Part shown: positions 1 to 8,688 of the stretch, piece by piece | Layout of the letters: every line of letters starts with the position of its first letter | Position numbering within the stretch: position 1 is the first letter of the stretch | Assembly: GCA_021811405.1 (NCBI GenBank) | Contig: JAJZOZ010000002.1 | Span: 1-59,978 of the forward strand | Direction of reading: 5' to 3' | DNA: 59,978 nucleotides | From: a bacterium | Lineage (GTDB): Bacteria > Elusimicrobiota > Elusimicrobia > Elusimicrobiales > UBA9959 | Position numbers and translations under genes: made by a program | The notes under the pieces: model-generated | Told to the model about the DNA's origin: nothing | Database searches by the model: none | Seen by the model: only the letters and a program-made list of their open reading frames with translations

Positions 1-1106
1 TTGTCCAGGAAGGTCACCAGGTAGCTGGCGTCGCCGTACTTGGAGTCGTTCTTCAGCAGCTCGGCCGCCCGGCGGTAGTCCCCGCCCTTGAAGACCTGCT
101 CCAGCTGCCCCCAGGTGCCCATCGAGGAGGCGGGCATGTCCACCACGCTCATGCCCGCGTTCATCGGGTCGCCGGGCGCGAGGTGGGTATAGCTCGCCAG
201 CCAGTTGAAATCGCCGTTGGTCCAGACCTCGCCGAACATGAAGAAGTCCTTCTTGTGGGCGTGCAGGCCGGCGGTGAAGCCCCGCCAGAACTCCGGCTTC
301 ATCCAGGCCACGGTGTCTATGCGGAAGGCGTCCACGCCCATATCCTGGTAGTTCTCATATATCTGCAGGAACCAGTTCAGGACTTCGGGGTTGCCGTCGT
401 TGAGGTCCAGCAGGTCGGCTATGGCCGGGCCGCCGTGGTTGAACCAGCTCTCCCGGTCGTTGTAATAGTCGAAGGAGCGGCCCAGGCCGAACAGCCGGCC
501 GCGGTCCGCGAACCACTTCACGTCGGAACTGACGTAACCGCCGTGGCCGTGGTTGGCCACCACGTCCTGTATCACCTTTATTCCCTTGGCGTGAGCCGCG
601 TCTATCAGGTCCCGGTAGGCGGCGCCCTCGGACTCCAGGTGGGGGTCTATCTTCGAAAAATCCCAGGCCCAGTAGCCGTGGTAGCCGGCCGCGTCGTAGC
701 CGCCGTCCTGGCTCCGGTAGCGCCCGGGCGGCTGCATCACAGGCGGGGTGATCCAGATGGCGGTAAAGCCCATGGCCTTGATGTGGTCGAGGTTCTGTAT
801 GAGCCCCTTGAAATCGCCGCCCTGGTAGTACTTGAGGTTTCCGGGCCAGTACTCGTCTCCGTAGATATTGTTGTTGCCGGTGTCGCCGTCCACGAAGCGG
901 TCGGTGAGGAGGAAATAGATGGTCTCGTCGCGGAAATCCCAGCCGTCTTTGGCGGCCTTAGCCCTGGCCTCCGGAGCGCCGGCCGCGGCGGGGACCACGG
1001 CTTCCGCGGCCTTTATATCCCCGGCTTTCATGGCCGGCAGGTCGAAACAGGATCCGGCCCCGCCGGCGGAGGTCAGCAGCAGCGACGCCAGCAATACGCT
1101 TCTCAT
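1..1106 (-). CDS. Secreted alpha-amylase-family glycoside hydrolase (GH13); C-terminus cut by the window edge
   Basis: Absent from the ORF track because there is no stop inside the window. My minus-strand translation from ATG at 1106 gives MRSVLLASLLLTSAGGAGSCFDLPAMKAG (signal peptide). It is followed by GH13 conserved regions DVVANH (I), GVDAFRIDTVAWM (II), FMFGEVW (III) and FLDN (IV, cut at base 1). Track ORF 183..1136(+) is its antisense artefact. Confidence 0.85.
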   Translation of the reverse strand, partial: MRSVLLASLLLTSAGGAGSCFDLPAMKAGDIKAAEAVVPAAAGAPEARAKAAKDGWDFRDETIYFLLTDRFVDGDTGNNNIYGDEYWPGNLKYYQGGDFKGLIQNLDHIKAMGFTAIWITPPVMQPPGRYRSQDGGYDAAGYHGYWAWDFSKIDPHLESEGAAYRDLIDAAHAKGIKVIQDVVANHGHGGYVSSDVKWFADRGRLFGLGRSFDYYNDRESWFNHGGPAIADLLDLNDGNPEVLNWFLQIYENYQDMGVDAFRIDTVAWMKPEFWRGFTAGLHAHKKDFFMFGEVWTNGDFNWLASYTHLAPGDPMNAGMSVVDMPASSMGTWGQLEQVFKGGDYRRAAELLKNDSKYGDASYLVTFLD

Positions 1107-1141
1107 GCGGTTCCTCACCCCTCAGGAAGTTCTTAAGGCCA

Positions 1142-1171
1142 AGTCTATTATTTACCGGCGCCCGCGGTCAA
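1142..1171 (-). promoter_or_regulatory. Candidate sigma70-type promoter for the amylase gene
   Basis: The minus strand reads TTGACC (1171..1166), an 18-nt spacer, then TAGACT (1147..1142). This lies about 35 nt upstream of ATG 1106. A GGGGTGAGGAA purine run sits before the start. Confidence 0.3.
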
Positions 1172-1176
1172 CGGCG

Positions 1177-1449
1177 TCAGCCCACCTTGACGTTCTTGCC
1201 GACCCAGACGAAGGCCGAGGGCAGCACGATGCACTGGCAGTGGGAGCTCAGGATGGAATTATTGTCCGGCATGATGTTGACCAGGCCGCTGCTCCAGGAG
1301 ACGTAGCGAATATGCGTCCCCTCGATCCATTCGTAGACCCGGGGCCCCACCCGCGGCATCTGGCTCCAGACCACGGCGTCGTCCCACGGTATCTCCCCAG
1401 CGTCGGACGAGCACTTTATCTCCGGTATCTTCCCCGCCAAAGAATCCAT
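1177..1449 (-). CDS. Hypothetical small protein (90 aa)
   Basis: This is the C-terminal part of track ORF 1177..1686. The internal ATG at 1449 (MDSLAGKIPEIK...) is preceded by AAAGGAAAGGGGAAG (RBS-like). The longer N-terminal extension runs through a palindromic repeat and the 3' end of rnpB, so it is unlikely. No family recognised. Confidence 0.45.
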   Translation of the reverse strand: MDSLAGKIPEIKCSSDAGEIPWDDAVVWSQMPRVGPRVYEWIEGTHIRYVSWSSGLVNIMPDNNSILSSHCQCIVLPSAFVWVGKNVKVG

Positions 1450-1494
1450 AAGCTTCCCCTTTCCTTTAATTACCAGCCCGTGCAGGGTTCGGCA

Positions 1495-1610
1495 CCGGGG
1501 CCGGGGCGGCAAAACCGCCTCGGAGGCCGACGCTTGCGCAGCGCGGAGGCCGAGAGCCGGAAGCGCGCGCACGGTGTGCGCGACGCTGTTTTTGCGAACC
1601 GGCCCCGGGG
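1495..1610. repeat. GC-rich palindromic intergenic element, copy A
   Basis: Terminal inverted arms CCGGGGCCGG (1495..1504) and CCGGCCCCGG (1599..1608) plus GCAAAAC/GTTTTTGC enclose a core. The core contains AGCGCGCGCACGGTGTGCGCGA (1562..1583), the exact reverse complement of 6585..6606. A related GCGCTGCGCAAGCG-type segment is also shared with copy B. Confidence 0.5.
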
Positions 1611-1625
1611 ACGAACCCGGAATTC

Positions 1626-1997
1626 TTTCAGACCGCGGACTGTACCCCGAATTCTGTCCGGCGCCTTTCGGCGCTTGGAGGACCATTTATCTGTTGCGGC
1701 CCACTCCGCGCTGCCCCGAAGGGCGGACGGGCAGTCCATGGCGCGATTTTGGCCTTGCTTCAGGAGGGGCTTGCCCTGCCGCGCCGGTCGCCCGGCGCGC
1801 GGTGCGCTCTTACCGCACCTTTTCACCCTTACCCTTGCGGGCGGTATGTTCTCTGTGGCGCTGTCCGTCGACGGGGGATATCGCCCCCGCCTCCCGGCCT
1901 ATGGCCGCTTAGCGGCTTTGAACCGGCACCCTGCCCTGTGAAGTTCGGAAGTTCCTCCCCTCCCTCGCGGGAAGAGCGGCCCTCCGTCCGCGGTCTG
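1626..1997 (-). ncRNA. rnpB: RNase P RNA, bacterial type A
   Basis: The minus strand shows P1 pairing of CAGACCGCGGAC (5', from 1997) with GUCCGCGGUCUG (3', ending about 1629). It also has the CR-I-like GGGAGGAACUUCCGAAC..ACAGGGCAGGGUGCC and ACAGAGAACAUACCGCC. GGUAAGGGUGAAAAGGUGCGGUAAGAGCGCACCGCGCG is near-identical to the E. coli M1 RNA core. GAAGCAAGGCCAAA and ACAGAAUUCGGGGUACAG (CR-V) are also present. Ends are approximate to within a few nt. Confidence 0.9.
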
Positions 1998-2015
1998 AAA
2001 ATCCCAAAGATCGCC

Positions 2016-2762
2016 TCAGCCGTTGATAACGGTTTCGAGGTACAGCCACCGCCTGCATTCCGGGCAGACGGCGAAAGTGTCGGGCTTCTTGACGTCGAGC
2101 GCCTTCTGCGGGGTCAGGCCCATGTGGCAGCCGCCGCAGGAGTACCTGCCGGTAGCCTGGTCCACGTGCACCGCGGCCACCGCTAACCCGGCCCGGCTGG
2201 CCCGCAGCGCGTCGTAGCGCTCCAGCAGGTCCGCCTCTATGCCGGCGGCCAGCTCCGCCCGGCCCGCCTCAGCCTCCGCGAGAGTACCCGCCGCCTCGCG
2301 GCCCTCGGCCTCGAGCGCCGCGGCTTCCCTGTCCCTCTGCGCCGCGACCGCGGCCACCTCGGCCTGCTCGGCCTTGTCCTTCACGGCGGCCTTGTCTATT
2401 TCCTCGAGCAGTTCGAGCACGCCGGTCTCCAGCCCGTCCTTGGCGGCCTTGTCGTTCTCGATCTCCTTCAGCAGGGCCTTGAAGGCGTCGTTGTCCTTCA
2501 CCATGTTGAGCTCCCGCTGGTGCTTGCGTATCCCCTCTTCCGCCTCGGCTATCCTGAGCTCGGCGTCCTTCTTTTTGGCCTGCAGGGCCATCAGGGCCTG
2601 CCTGGCGGCGCTCATGGCCGCTTTCTTCGCCTCGAAGGCGTCGTTTATCGCCTTGAGCTTCACCGGCACCCCGGAGATCTTAGCCTTGAGCGCCGCTATA
2701 GCGGCGTCCCGCTTCTGCAGCTCCACCAGGGCCTTCGCCGACACGCTGTGAACTATTTCCAT
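2016..2762 (-). CDS. Coiled-coil protein with C-terminal C4 zinc ribbon (COG1579 / zf-RING_7-like)
   Basis: 248 aa. A long Ala/Glu/Lys-rich coiled coil is followed by CGGCHMGLTPQ...CPECRRWLY, the typical COG1579 architecture. Confidence 0.85.
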   Translation of the reverse strand: MEIVHSVSAKALVELQKRDAAIAALKAKISGVPVKLKAINDAFEAKKAAMSAARQALMALQAKKKDAELRIAEAEEGIRKHQRELNMVKDNDAFKALLKEIENDKAAKDGLETGVLELLEEIDKAAVKDKAEQAEVAAVAAQRDREAAALEAEGREAAGTLAEAEAGRAELAAGIEADLLERYDALRASRAGLAVAAVHVDQATGRYSCGGCHMGLTPQKALDVKKPDTFAVCPECRRWLYLETVING

Positions 2763-2771
2763 CCAGCCCCC

Positions 2772-3638
2772 CTATTTTAGCGCCCCGCCCCTGACGTTCC
2801 GGAGTATCTCCATCGCCGCCCGGCTGCGGTTCAGCGTGTACAGGTGCAGGCCGGGCGCGCCGCCCTTAAGCAGTTCCTCCGCCTGCCTGGAAGCGTATTC
2901 CACGCTGAACTTGAACATCCCGTCCTTGTCGCCGTCCCAGCGCTCTATGCCGGCGCGCAGCTCCGCCGGCACCGAGACGTTCATCAGCTGGGTGAACTTC
3001 TGTATCTGGCGGTAGCCGGTGATCGGCATCAGCCCGGGCAGGATAGGCACGGAGACGCCTGCCGCGGCGGTCTTCTCGAGGAAGCCGAAGTAAAGCGAAT
3101 TGTCGAAGAAGAGCTGGGTTATCAGGTAAGAGGCGCCGGCCGCCGTCTTCTCCCGGAGATGGGCGATGTCCTCCTCGAGCGTGGCCGCCTCCGGGTGCTT
3201 CTCCGGGTAGCAGGCCCCGCCCACCGAGAACCAGCCGTCCGCGGCTATGTCGGCGGTGAGCTGGGAGGCGTACTTATAGTCCCCCGGCGGCTCGCCCACC
3301 ACGTTCTCCCTGTCGCCGCGCAGCGCCAGCACGTTCTCGATGCCCATCTTCTTGAGGCCGTAGGCTATCTCAATGATCTCGGCGCGGGTATGCGCCAGGC
3401 AGGTGAGGTGCGCCACGACCTCCAGGCCTATCTCGTTCTTCAGGATCCCGGACAGCGCCACGGTGCGGTAGGGCAGCGTGCCCGCCGAGGAATTGGTGAC
3501 CGAGACGAAGTCCGGGGAGAGCGTCTTGAGCTCCCGGGCGGCGTCGAAAAGCCTCTTCGCGTCCGCCTCCGTCTTGGGGGGATAGAACTCGAAGGAGAAT
3601 ACCTTCCTGCCGGACTTCAGGCTTTCCGTGACCTTCAT
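2772..3638 (-). CDS. metF: 5,10-methylenetetrahydrofolate reductase
   Basis: 288 aa with MetF-like motifs: FSFEFYPPKT, VTNSSAG, AHLTC, LALRGD, ACYPEKHPEA, ITQLFFD. Confidence 0.9.
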   Translation of the reverse strand: MKVTESLKSGRKVFSFEFYPPKTEADAKRLFDAARELKTLSPDFVSVTNSSAGTLPYRTVALSGILKNEIGLEVVAHLTCLAHTRAEIIEIAYGLKKMGIENVLALRGDRENVVGEPPGDYKYASQLTADIAADGWFSVGGACYPEKHPEAATLEEDIAHLREKTAAGASYLITQLFFDNSLYFGFLEKTAAAGVSVPILPGLMPITGYRQIQKFTQLMNVSVPAELRAGIERWDGDKDGMFKFSVEYASRQAEELLKGGAPGLHLYTLNRSRAAMEILRNVRGGALK

Positions 3639-3642
3639 GCGC

Positions 3643-4641
3643 TTATTCCGGGAAGCCGATCCTCGACGGCGGCCAGTACCGGAACCAGGCCTTGCCCTTC
3701 ACCAGGTAGTCCGGCACGGCGCCCCAGTAGCGGGAGTCGCAGGAGCGGTCGCGGTTGTCCCCCATGACCAGGTACTGGCCCTGCGGCACGGTGACCGGGC
3801 CGAAATTGTCGCGCACGTACTCGGAGAACATCTTTCCCAGCATGCGGTCCTGCCAGTATTTCTGGTAGTCCTCGCGGGAGACCTGCTCGGTGGCCTTGGG
3901 GTAGCGGTACGCGTCCGCGTACCGGGCGTAAGGCTCGTCCCCGGCTTTCGCGCCGTTGACGTAAAGCCGGCCGTCGCGCACTTCCACCGTGTCGCCCGGC
4001 ATGCCGATGACCCGCTTGATGAAGTCCTTGCCGTACTGGCTGCCGCCGCACTGGAACTCGCGCGGGTCGGTGGACGGGAACTGGAACACTATGATGTCGC
4101 CGCGCTTGACGTGCCGCAGCGCGAGGAACTTCTTGCGCGTGTACGGGACGCGGAAGCCGTAGATGAACTTGTTGACGAACAGGTGGTCGCCGATCAGGAA
4201 GGTGTTCTCCATGGAGCCGGAGGGGATCTTGAAGGCCTGGATGAACAGGTACATCACCACGCTGGCCAGCAGCACGGCGGAGAAGACCGTCTCGGACCAC
4301 TCCATGTCCTCCTTCATCGTCGCGTTCAGGCCGTCCTTCACCCTGGCCTTGGCCGAAAGCCCGCGCCACATGGCGTAGGAAGCGGCCGCGGCCGCGGCCA
4401 GCAGGCCGTAGGAGAGCTGCCGCCAGCTGAAGAGCATGGAGGTGACCGCGTCGCCGCGCCTGTTGTCCAGGCTGACGGACAGCAGCACCGCCGCCACGAA
4501 GGCCGCCAGCGCCGCGAACACGGCGTGCCAGGCCCGCGTGAAGCGGGTGTCGCCCTTGAACCGGCCCTTGTCCCTGAAGTGATGGGACAGGAACAGGTGC
4601 GCGCCCATCAGCACGCCTATCCAGAAAAGCTTTTCTTCCAT
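3643..4641 (-). CDS. lepB: Signal peptidase I
   Basis: 332 aa with N-terminal TM segments. S26 boxes are present: IPSGSMENTF (catalytic Ser), FIKRVIGMPGD (Lys box) and VMGDNRDRSCDSRYWG. Confidence 0.9.
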   Translation of the reverse strand: MEEKLFWIGVLMGAHLFLSHHFRDKGRFKGDTRFTRAWHAVFAALAAFVAAVLLSVSLDNRRGDAVTSMLFSWRQLSYGLLAAAAAASYAMWRGLSAKARVKDGLNATMKEDMEWSETVFSAVLLASVVMYLFIQAFKIPSGSMENTFLIGDHLFVNKFIYGFRVPYTRKKFLALRHVKRGDIIVFQFPSTDPREFQCGGSQYGKDFIKRVIGMPGDTVEVRDGRLYVNGAKAGDEPYARYADAYRYPKATEQVSREDYQKYWQDRMLGKMFSEYVRDNFGPVTVPQGQYLVMGDNRDRSCDSRYWGAVPDYLVKGKAWFRYWPPSRIGFPE

Positions 4642-4712
4642 AGATGTATGTCTCCGCCCGCGCTTCCCGCCCCCTTAGGCCATACGGCCTCCGGCAGGGG
4701 GCGGTTGCGCGG

Positions 4713-6524
4713 CTACTTGTCCTGGCTGATCTTCAGCAGCGACATGAAGGCCTCCTGCGGGATCTCGACGGACCCCATCAACTTCATCTTGCGCTTGCCT
4801 TCCTTCTGCTTCTCGAGCAGTTTTCTTTTGCGCGTGATGTCGCCGCCGTAGCACTTGGCCAACACGTCCTTGCGCTGGGCGCCTATCGTCTCGCGCGCTA
4901 TGATCTTGCCGTTCACCTGCGCCTGCACCGCTATCTCGAACATGTGCTTCGGGATCAGCTCCTTGAGCTTCTCGCAGAGCTGGCGCGACGCGGTCAGCGA
5001 CTTGGTCTTGTGCGTGATGAAGGAGAGGGCGTCCACGACCTCCCCGTGCAGCAGCATCTCTATCTTCACCATGTCGGAGCTGCGGTATTCGAACGGCTCG
5101 TAGTCGAACGAGGCGTAGCCCTTCGAGACCGACTTCAGCTTGTCGTAGAAGTCGATGATGATCTCGGAGAGCGGCAGCAGGTACTCCACTATCACGCGGG
5201 TCGTGGAGATGTATTCTATCTTCAGGTGCTCGCCGCGCTTCTCCTTCAGGAGGTTCATGATGCCCTCCATGTAGGTCAGCGGCGCGATGATGTTGGCGTG
5301 CACGTACGGCTCCATGATGTCGAGCACGTCCCCGTAATGCGGGAATTCGGCCGGGTTGGTGACCTCCACGTACTTGGACTCCTTCGAGGTGTGGTGGGCC
5401 TTCGCCAGGACCTTGTAGATGACGTTCGGGTTGGTGGCTATCAGCGGGATGTCGAACTCCCGCTCTATGCGCTCCCGGATGATGTCCAGGTGCAGCAGCC
5501 CCATGAAGCCTATGCGGAAGCCGAAGCCGAGCGCCTTCGAGGTCTCGCCCTGGTAGGAGAAAGAGGAATCCGTCAGGCTGATCTTCTCCAGCGCGGTCTT
5601 CAGCGCCGTGTAGTCCGTGGTGTTGACGGGGTAGAAGCCGGCGTAGACCACCGGGTTGACGTCCTTGTAGCCGGGCAGCGGCGCGTCTATCTTCCTGTCC
5701 TTCTCGGAGATGGTGTCGCCCATCTTGATCTCGTGGATGTCGCGGATGCCGGGCACTATGTAGCCCACCTCGCCGGTGCGGATGGATTCGGACTTCTGCA
5801 TCTTCGGGCTGAGGTAGCCGACCTCCTCCACCTTGTAGGACTTGCCGCTGGACCAGAACGAGATGTGGCGGCCGGGCTTCAGCTCGCCGTCCACTACGCG
5901 GGTGTAGATGATGACGCCCTTGTAGACGTCGTAGAACGAATCGAAGACCAGGGCCTTCAGCGGCCTCTCCGGCGAGCCCTCCGGCGGCGGGATCTCCTTT
6001 ATCACGCGCTCCAGCACCTCTTTGGCGCCGCGGCCGTCCTTGGCGCTTATGCGCGAGGCTTCCACGGGGTTCTTCAGCACCTCCCAGATCTGCTCCTCGG
6101 TGGCGTCGGGGTCGGCGTGCTCCAGGTCTATCTTGTTGATGACCGGGAGGATCTTGAGGCCGAGCGACTGCGCCAGATGAGCGTGAGCGAGCGTCTGCGC
6201 CTCCACGCCCTGCGACGCGTCCACCAGCAGTATCGCGCCTTCGCAGGCGGCCATCGCGCGGGAGACCTCGTACGAGAAGTCCACGTGGCCGGGGGTGTCT
6301 ATCAGGTTCAGGACGTACTCCTCGCCGTCGTCCGCGCGGTACAGCATGCGCACGGCCTTGGCCTTGATAGTGATGCCGCGCTCGCGCTCGAGCTCCATGC
6401 CGTCCAGGAACTGCTCCTTCATCTGGCGGTCCGGCACCGTGTTGGTCAGCTGGATGAAGCGGTCCGCCAGCGTGGATTTGCCGTGGTCGATGTGGGCTAT
6501 GATGGAAAAGTTGCGTATCTTCAT
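4713..6524 (-). CDS. lepA: Translation elongation factor 4
   Basis: 603 aa. [30 protein letters not shown] and NKIDL GTPase motifs, with a LepA-specific C-terminal region ([24 protein letters not shown]-like). Confidence 0.97.
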   Translation of the reverse strand: [603 protein letters not shown]

Positions 6525-6557
6525 GTTACTGTTCTTAGAACTTTAGTCGCGCCATGT

Positions 6558-6671
6558 CGGGGCAATGACGCTTCGGGCACGCTATCGCGCACACCGTGCG
6601 CGCGCTACCGCTCGGGCTCGGCGCTTGCGCAAGCCTCGCCCTGCGCGAGTACCCTCTGCGCCATTGCCCCG
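6558..6671. repeat. GC-rich palindromic intergenic element, copy B
   Basis: Perfect 10-bp terminal inverted repeat: CGGGGCAATG (6558..6567) and CATTGCCCCG (6662..6671). The core TCGCGCACACCGTGCGCGCGCT (6585..6606) is the reverse complement of 1562..1583. It also contains the 12-bp palindrome GCTTGCGCAAGC. The element lies between the ptsI stop and the lepA start. Confidence 0.5.
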
Positions 6672-6690
6672 CCACGGCACTGCTCGGCAT

Positions 6691-8418
6691 TCACTTCACC
6701 TCTTCCTCTACCAGCCGGCGGATCTCGTCGGAGGTAGCCAGGCTGAGCGCGCGCTGCGCTATGCCGGTGAACTTCTCGAAGTTCATCGAGCGGACGGAAT
6801 GCTTGGAGCGCAGGTACATCTTGGCCGGCACGCTCAGGATGTCCACGCCCAGGCCGACCAGCAGCGGGATCGCGTACGGGTCCGAGGCCATCTCGCCGCA
6901 GACCGAGACCGGCTTGCCCTTCTTGTGCGCCGTCTGCACCACCAGGTTTATCAGGCGCAGCACCGCCGGGTGGAAGGGCTCGTAGAGCTCGGAGACGTAC
7001 TGGTTGATGCGGTCCACGGCCAGCGTGTACTGCACCAGGTCGTTGGTGCCTATAGAGACGAAGTCTATCTCGCTGAGCAGCGAGTCGAGTATGATGGCCG
7101 CGGCCGGGATCTCCACCATCACGCCGAACTCGGGGTCCTTGCCGACGCTGAAGCCCTCCTCGGCCAGCTCGGTGCGCACGTCGACCGCTATGCGCTTGAC
7201 GGTCAGCAGCTCGTCGGCCGAGGACAGCATCGGGATCATCACCTTGATGTTGCCCCCGGTATTGGCCTTATAGATCGCCCGCAGCTGCGTCTTCAGCAGC
7301 TCCGGGTACTTGATGAACAGGCGGATGCCGCGGAAGCCCATGAACGGGTTGCGCTCGTCCTTCAAGCCCTTGATGCCCAGCTGCGTGGCGCGGTCTCCGC
7401 CGATGTCGGCGGTGCGTATCGTCAGCGGGATCGCCGGCGCGGCCTTGACCACGGACGAATAGGCGGCCAGCTGCTCCTCCTCCGTGGGCACCGAGTCGCG
7501 GTTCATGTAGAGGAACTCCGTGCGGTAGAGCCCCACGCCCTCGGCCTTTACGGCCGTCAGCTCGGGCGCGTCCTCGGCGGAGTCCAGGTTGCACATCAGG
7601 CTGATCTTGTGGCCGTCGCGCGTGGTGGCGGGCAGGCCCTTCAGGCGGTGGAAGAAGTGCTCCTGCTTCTGCAGCTCCTCCTTGCGCACCTTGTACTTCT
7701 CGATGATCTCGGCGGTGGGCGAGATGATCACCATGCCCTGCTCGCCGTCCACGATCAGCGTGTCGCCGCTCTGGATCTGGCGGCTGATGTCCGACAGGCC
7801 GACGACCGCCGGGATGCCCATGCTCTGCGCGAAGATAGCGGTGTGGCTGGACTTGGAGCCCAGGTCCATGCAGAAGCCCAGCACCTTGTTGGACTCGCGG
7901 ATGTGCAGCGTGTCCGAGGGGTAAAGGTTGTGCGCGACTATGATCACCGGGTCCTTCAGGTCCTTCAGCGAGGTCTTCTTGCTGTTGACCAGGTTGGAGA
8001 TGATCTTCTTGCCCACGTCGAAGATGTCGTGCTTGCGCTCGTGGAAGAACTCGTCGTCGATCTTCGCGAACTGCTCCTCGGCCTTGTCGAGGATCTCGGA
8101 CAGCGCGAACTCGGCGTTCATCCCCTTGGAGGCGATCAGCTTCGGCACGTCCTTAGTGATCATCGTGTCCTGCAGGATCAGGTGGTGGGCGTCGATCAGC
8201 TTGGCGTGCTGCTTGCCGAGCACGTTGAGTATCTTGCCCCGTATCGCGTCCAGGTCGAGCTTGGTCTTGTCGAGCGCCTCCTTGAAGCGCTTCACCTCCG
8301 CCTTCACCTTCTCGGGCGGGATGTCCTTCTGCTCGATGAGGATGTTCTCCTCCTTGACGATGTGGGCCTTGCCTATGGCTATGCCCAGGCTGGCCGGCAC
8401 CCCTTTCTTTATCAGCAT
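6691..8418 (-). CDS. ptsI: Phosphoenolpyruvate-protein phosphotransferase (PTS Enzyme I)
   Basis: 575 aa. Phosphohistidine region GSKSSHTAIFAQSMGIPAVVG, PEP-utilising motif GLYRTEFLY, and C-terminal FVSIGTNDLVQYTLAVDR. Confidence 0.95.
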   Translation of the reverse strand: MLIKKGVPASLGIAIGKAHIVKEENILIEQKDIPPEKVKAEVKRFKEALDKTKLDLDAIRGKILNVLGKQHAKLIDAHHLILQDTMITKDVPKLIASKGMNAEFALSEILDKAEEQFAKIDDEFFHERKHDIFDVGKKIISNLVNSKKTSLKDLKDPVIIVAHNLYPSDTLHIRESNKVLGFCMDLGSKSSHTAIFAQSMGIPAVVGLSDISRQIQSGDTLIVDGEQGMVIISPTAEIIEKYKVRKEELQKQEHFFHRLKGLPATTRDGHKISLMCNLDSAEDAPELTAVKAEGVGLYRTEFLYMNRDSVPTEEEQLAAYSSVVKAAPAIPLTIRTADIGGDRATQLGIKGLKDERNPFMGFRGIRLFIKYPELLKTQLRAIYKANTGGNIKVMIPMLSSADELLTVKRIAVDVRTELAEEGFSVGKDPEFGVMVEIPAAAIILDSLLSEIDFVSIGTNDLVQYTLAVDRINQYVSELYEPFHPAVLRLINLVVQTAHKKGKPVSVCGEMASDPYAIPLLVGLGVDILSVPAKMYLRSKHSVRSMNFEKFTGIAQRALSLATSDEIRRLVEEEVK

Positions 8419-8421
8419 ATT

Positions 8422-8688
8422 CTAGTCCTCGTCGAATTTCTTCTCGAACAGGTCGGCCAGGGCGGCAACCGCCTCCGCCTCGTCCGAACCCTTCGCCGTT
8501 ATCTCTATCGCGCTGCCCTTGCCGGCCGCTAGCGTCATGATGCCCATGATGCTCTTCGCGTTGACCTCCATGCCGTCCTTCACCAGCCGGATGTCGCAGG
8601 AGAACCTGGAGGCGGTGTTGGCTATCATGCCGGCGGGCCTGGCATGTATGCCCAGTTCGTTGATGATCTTGATGGTTAGTTTTGTCAT
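8422..8688 (-). CDS. ptsH: Phosphocarrier protein HPr
   Basis: 88 aa. His15 motif GIHARPA and Ser46 motif NAKSIMGIM, the HprK target site. Confidence 0.9.
   Translation of the reverse strand: MTKLTIKIINELGIHARPAGMIANTASRFSCDIRLVKDGMEVNAKSIMGIMTLAAGKGSAIEITAKGSDEAEAVAALADLFEKKFDED

Noticed and set aside
183-1136. Plus-strand 317-aa ORF at the left edge.
   Set aside because: It is antisense to a minus-strand frame that carries all GH13 signature regions and a signal peptide.
919-2186. Several ORFs (919..1941+, 1470..1826-, 1574..1912+, 1749..2186+) covering 1.45-2.0 kb.
   Set aside because: The region is explained by RNase P RNA and the palindromic repeat. The ORF products are Arg/Pro/Ala-rich with no recognisable motifs.
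4667-4704. GC hairpin (CCGCCCCC...GGGGGCGG with an inner AGGCC-AUAC-GGCCU) between lepA and lepB, considered as a terminator.
   Set aside because: No U-tract follows on the transcribed strand, and lepB starts about 25 nt later with its own RBS. It is more likely an intercistronic stem-loop.
4644-8532. Long plus-strand ORFs 4644..6737 (697 aa) and 6565..8532 (655 aa).
   Set aside because: They are antisense to lepA and ptsI, both unambiguous.
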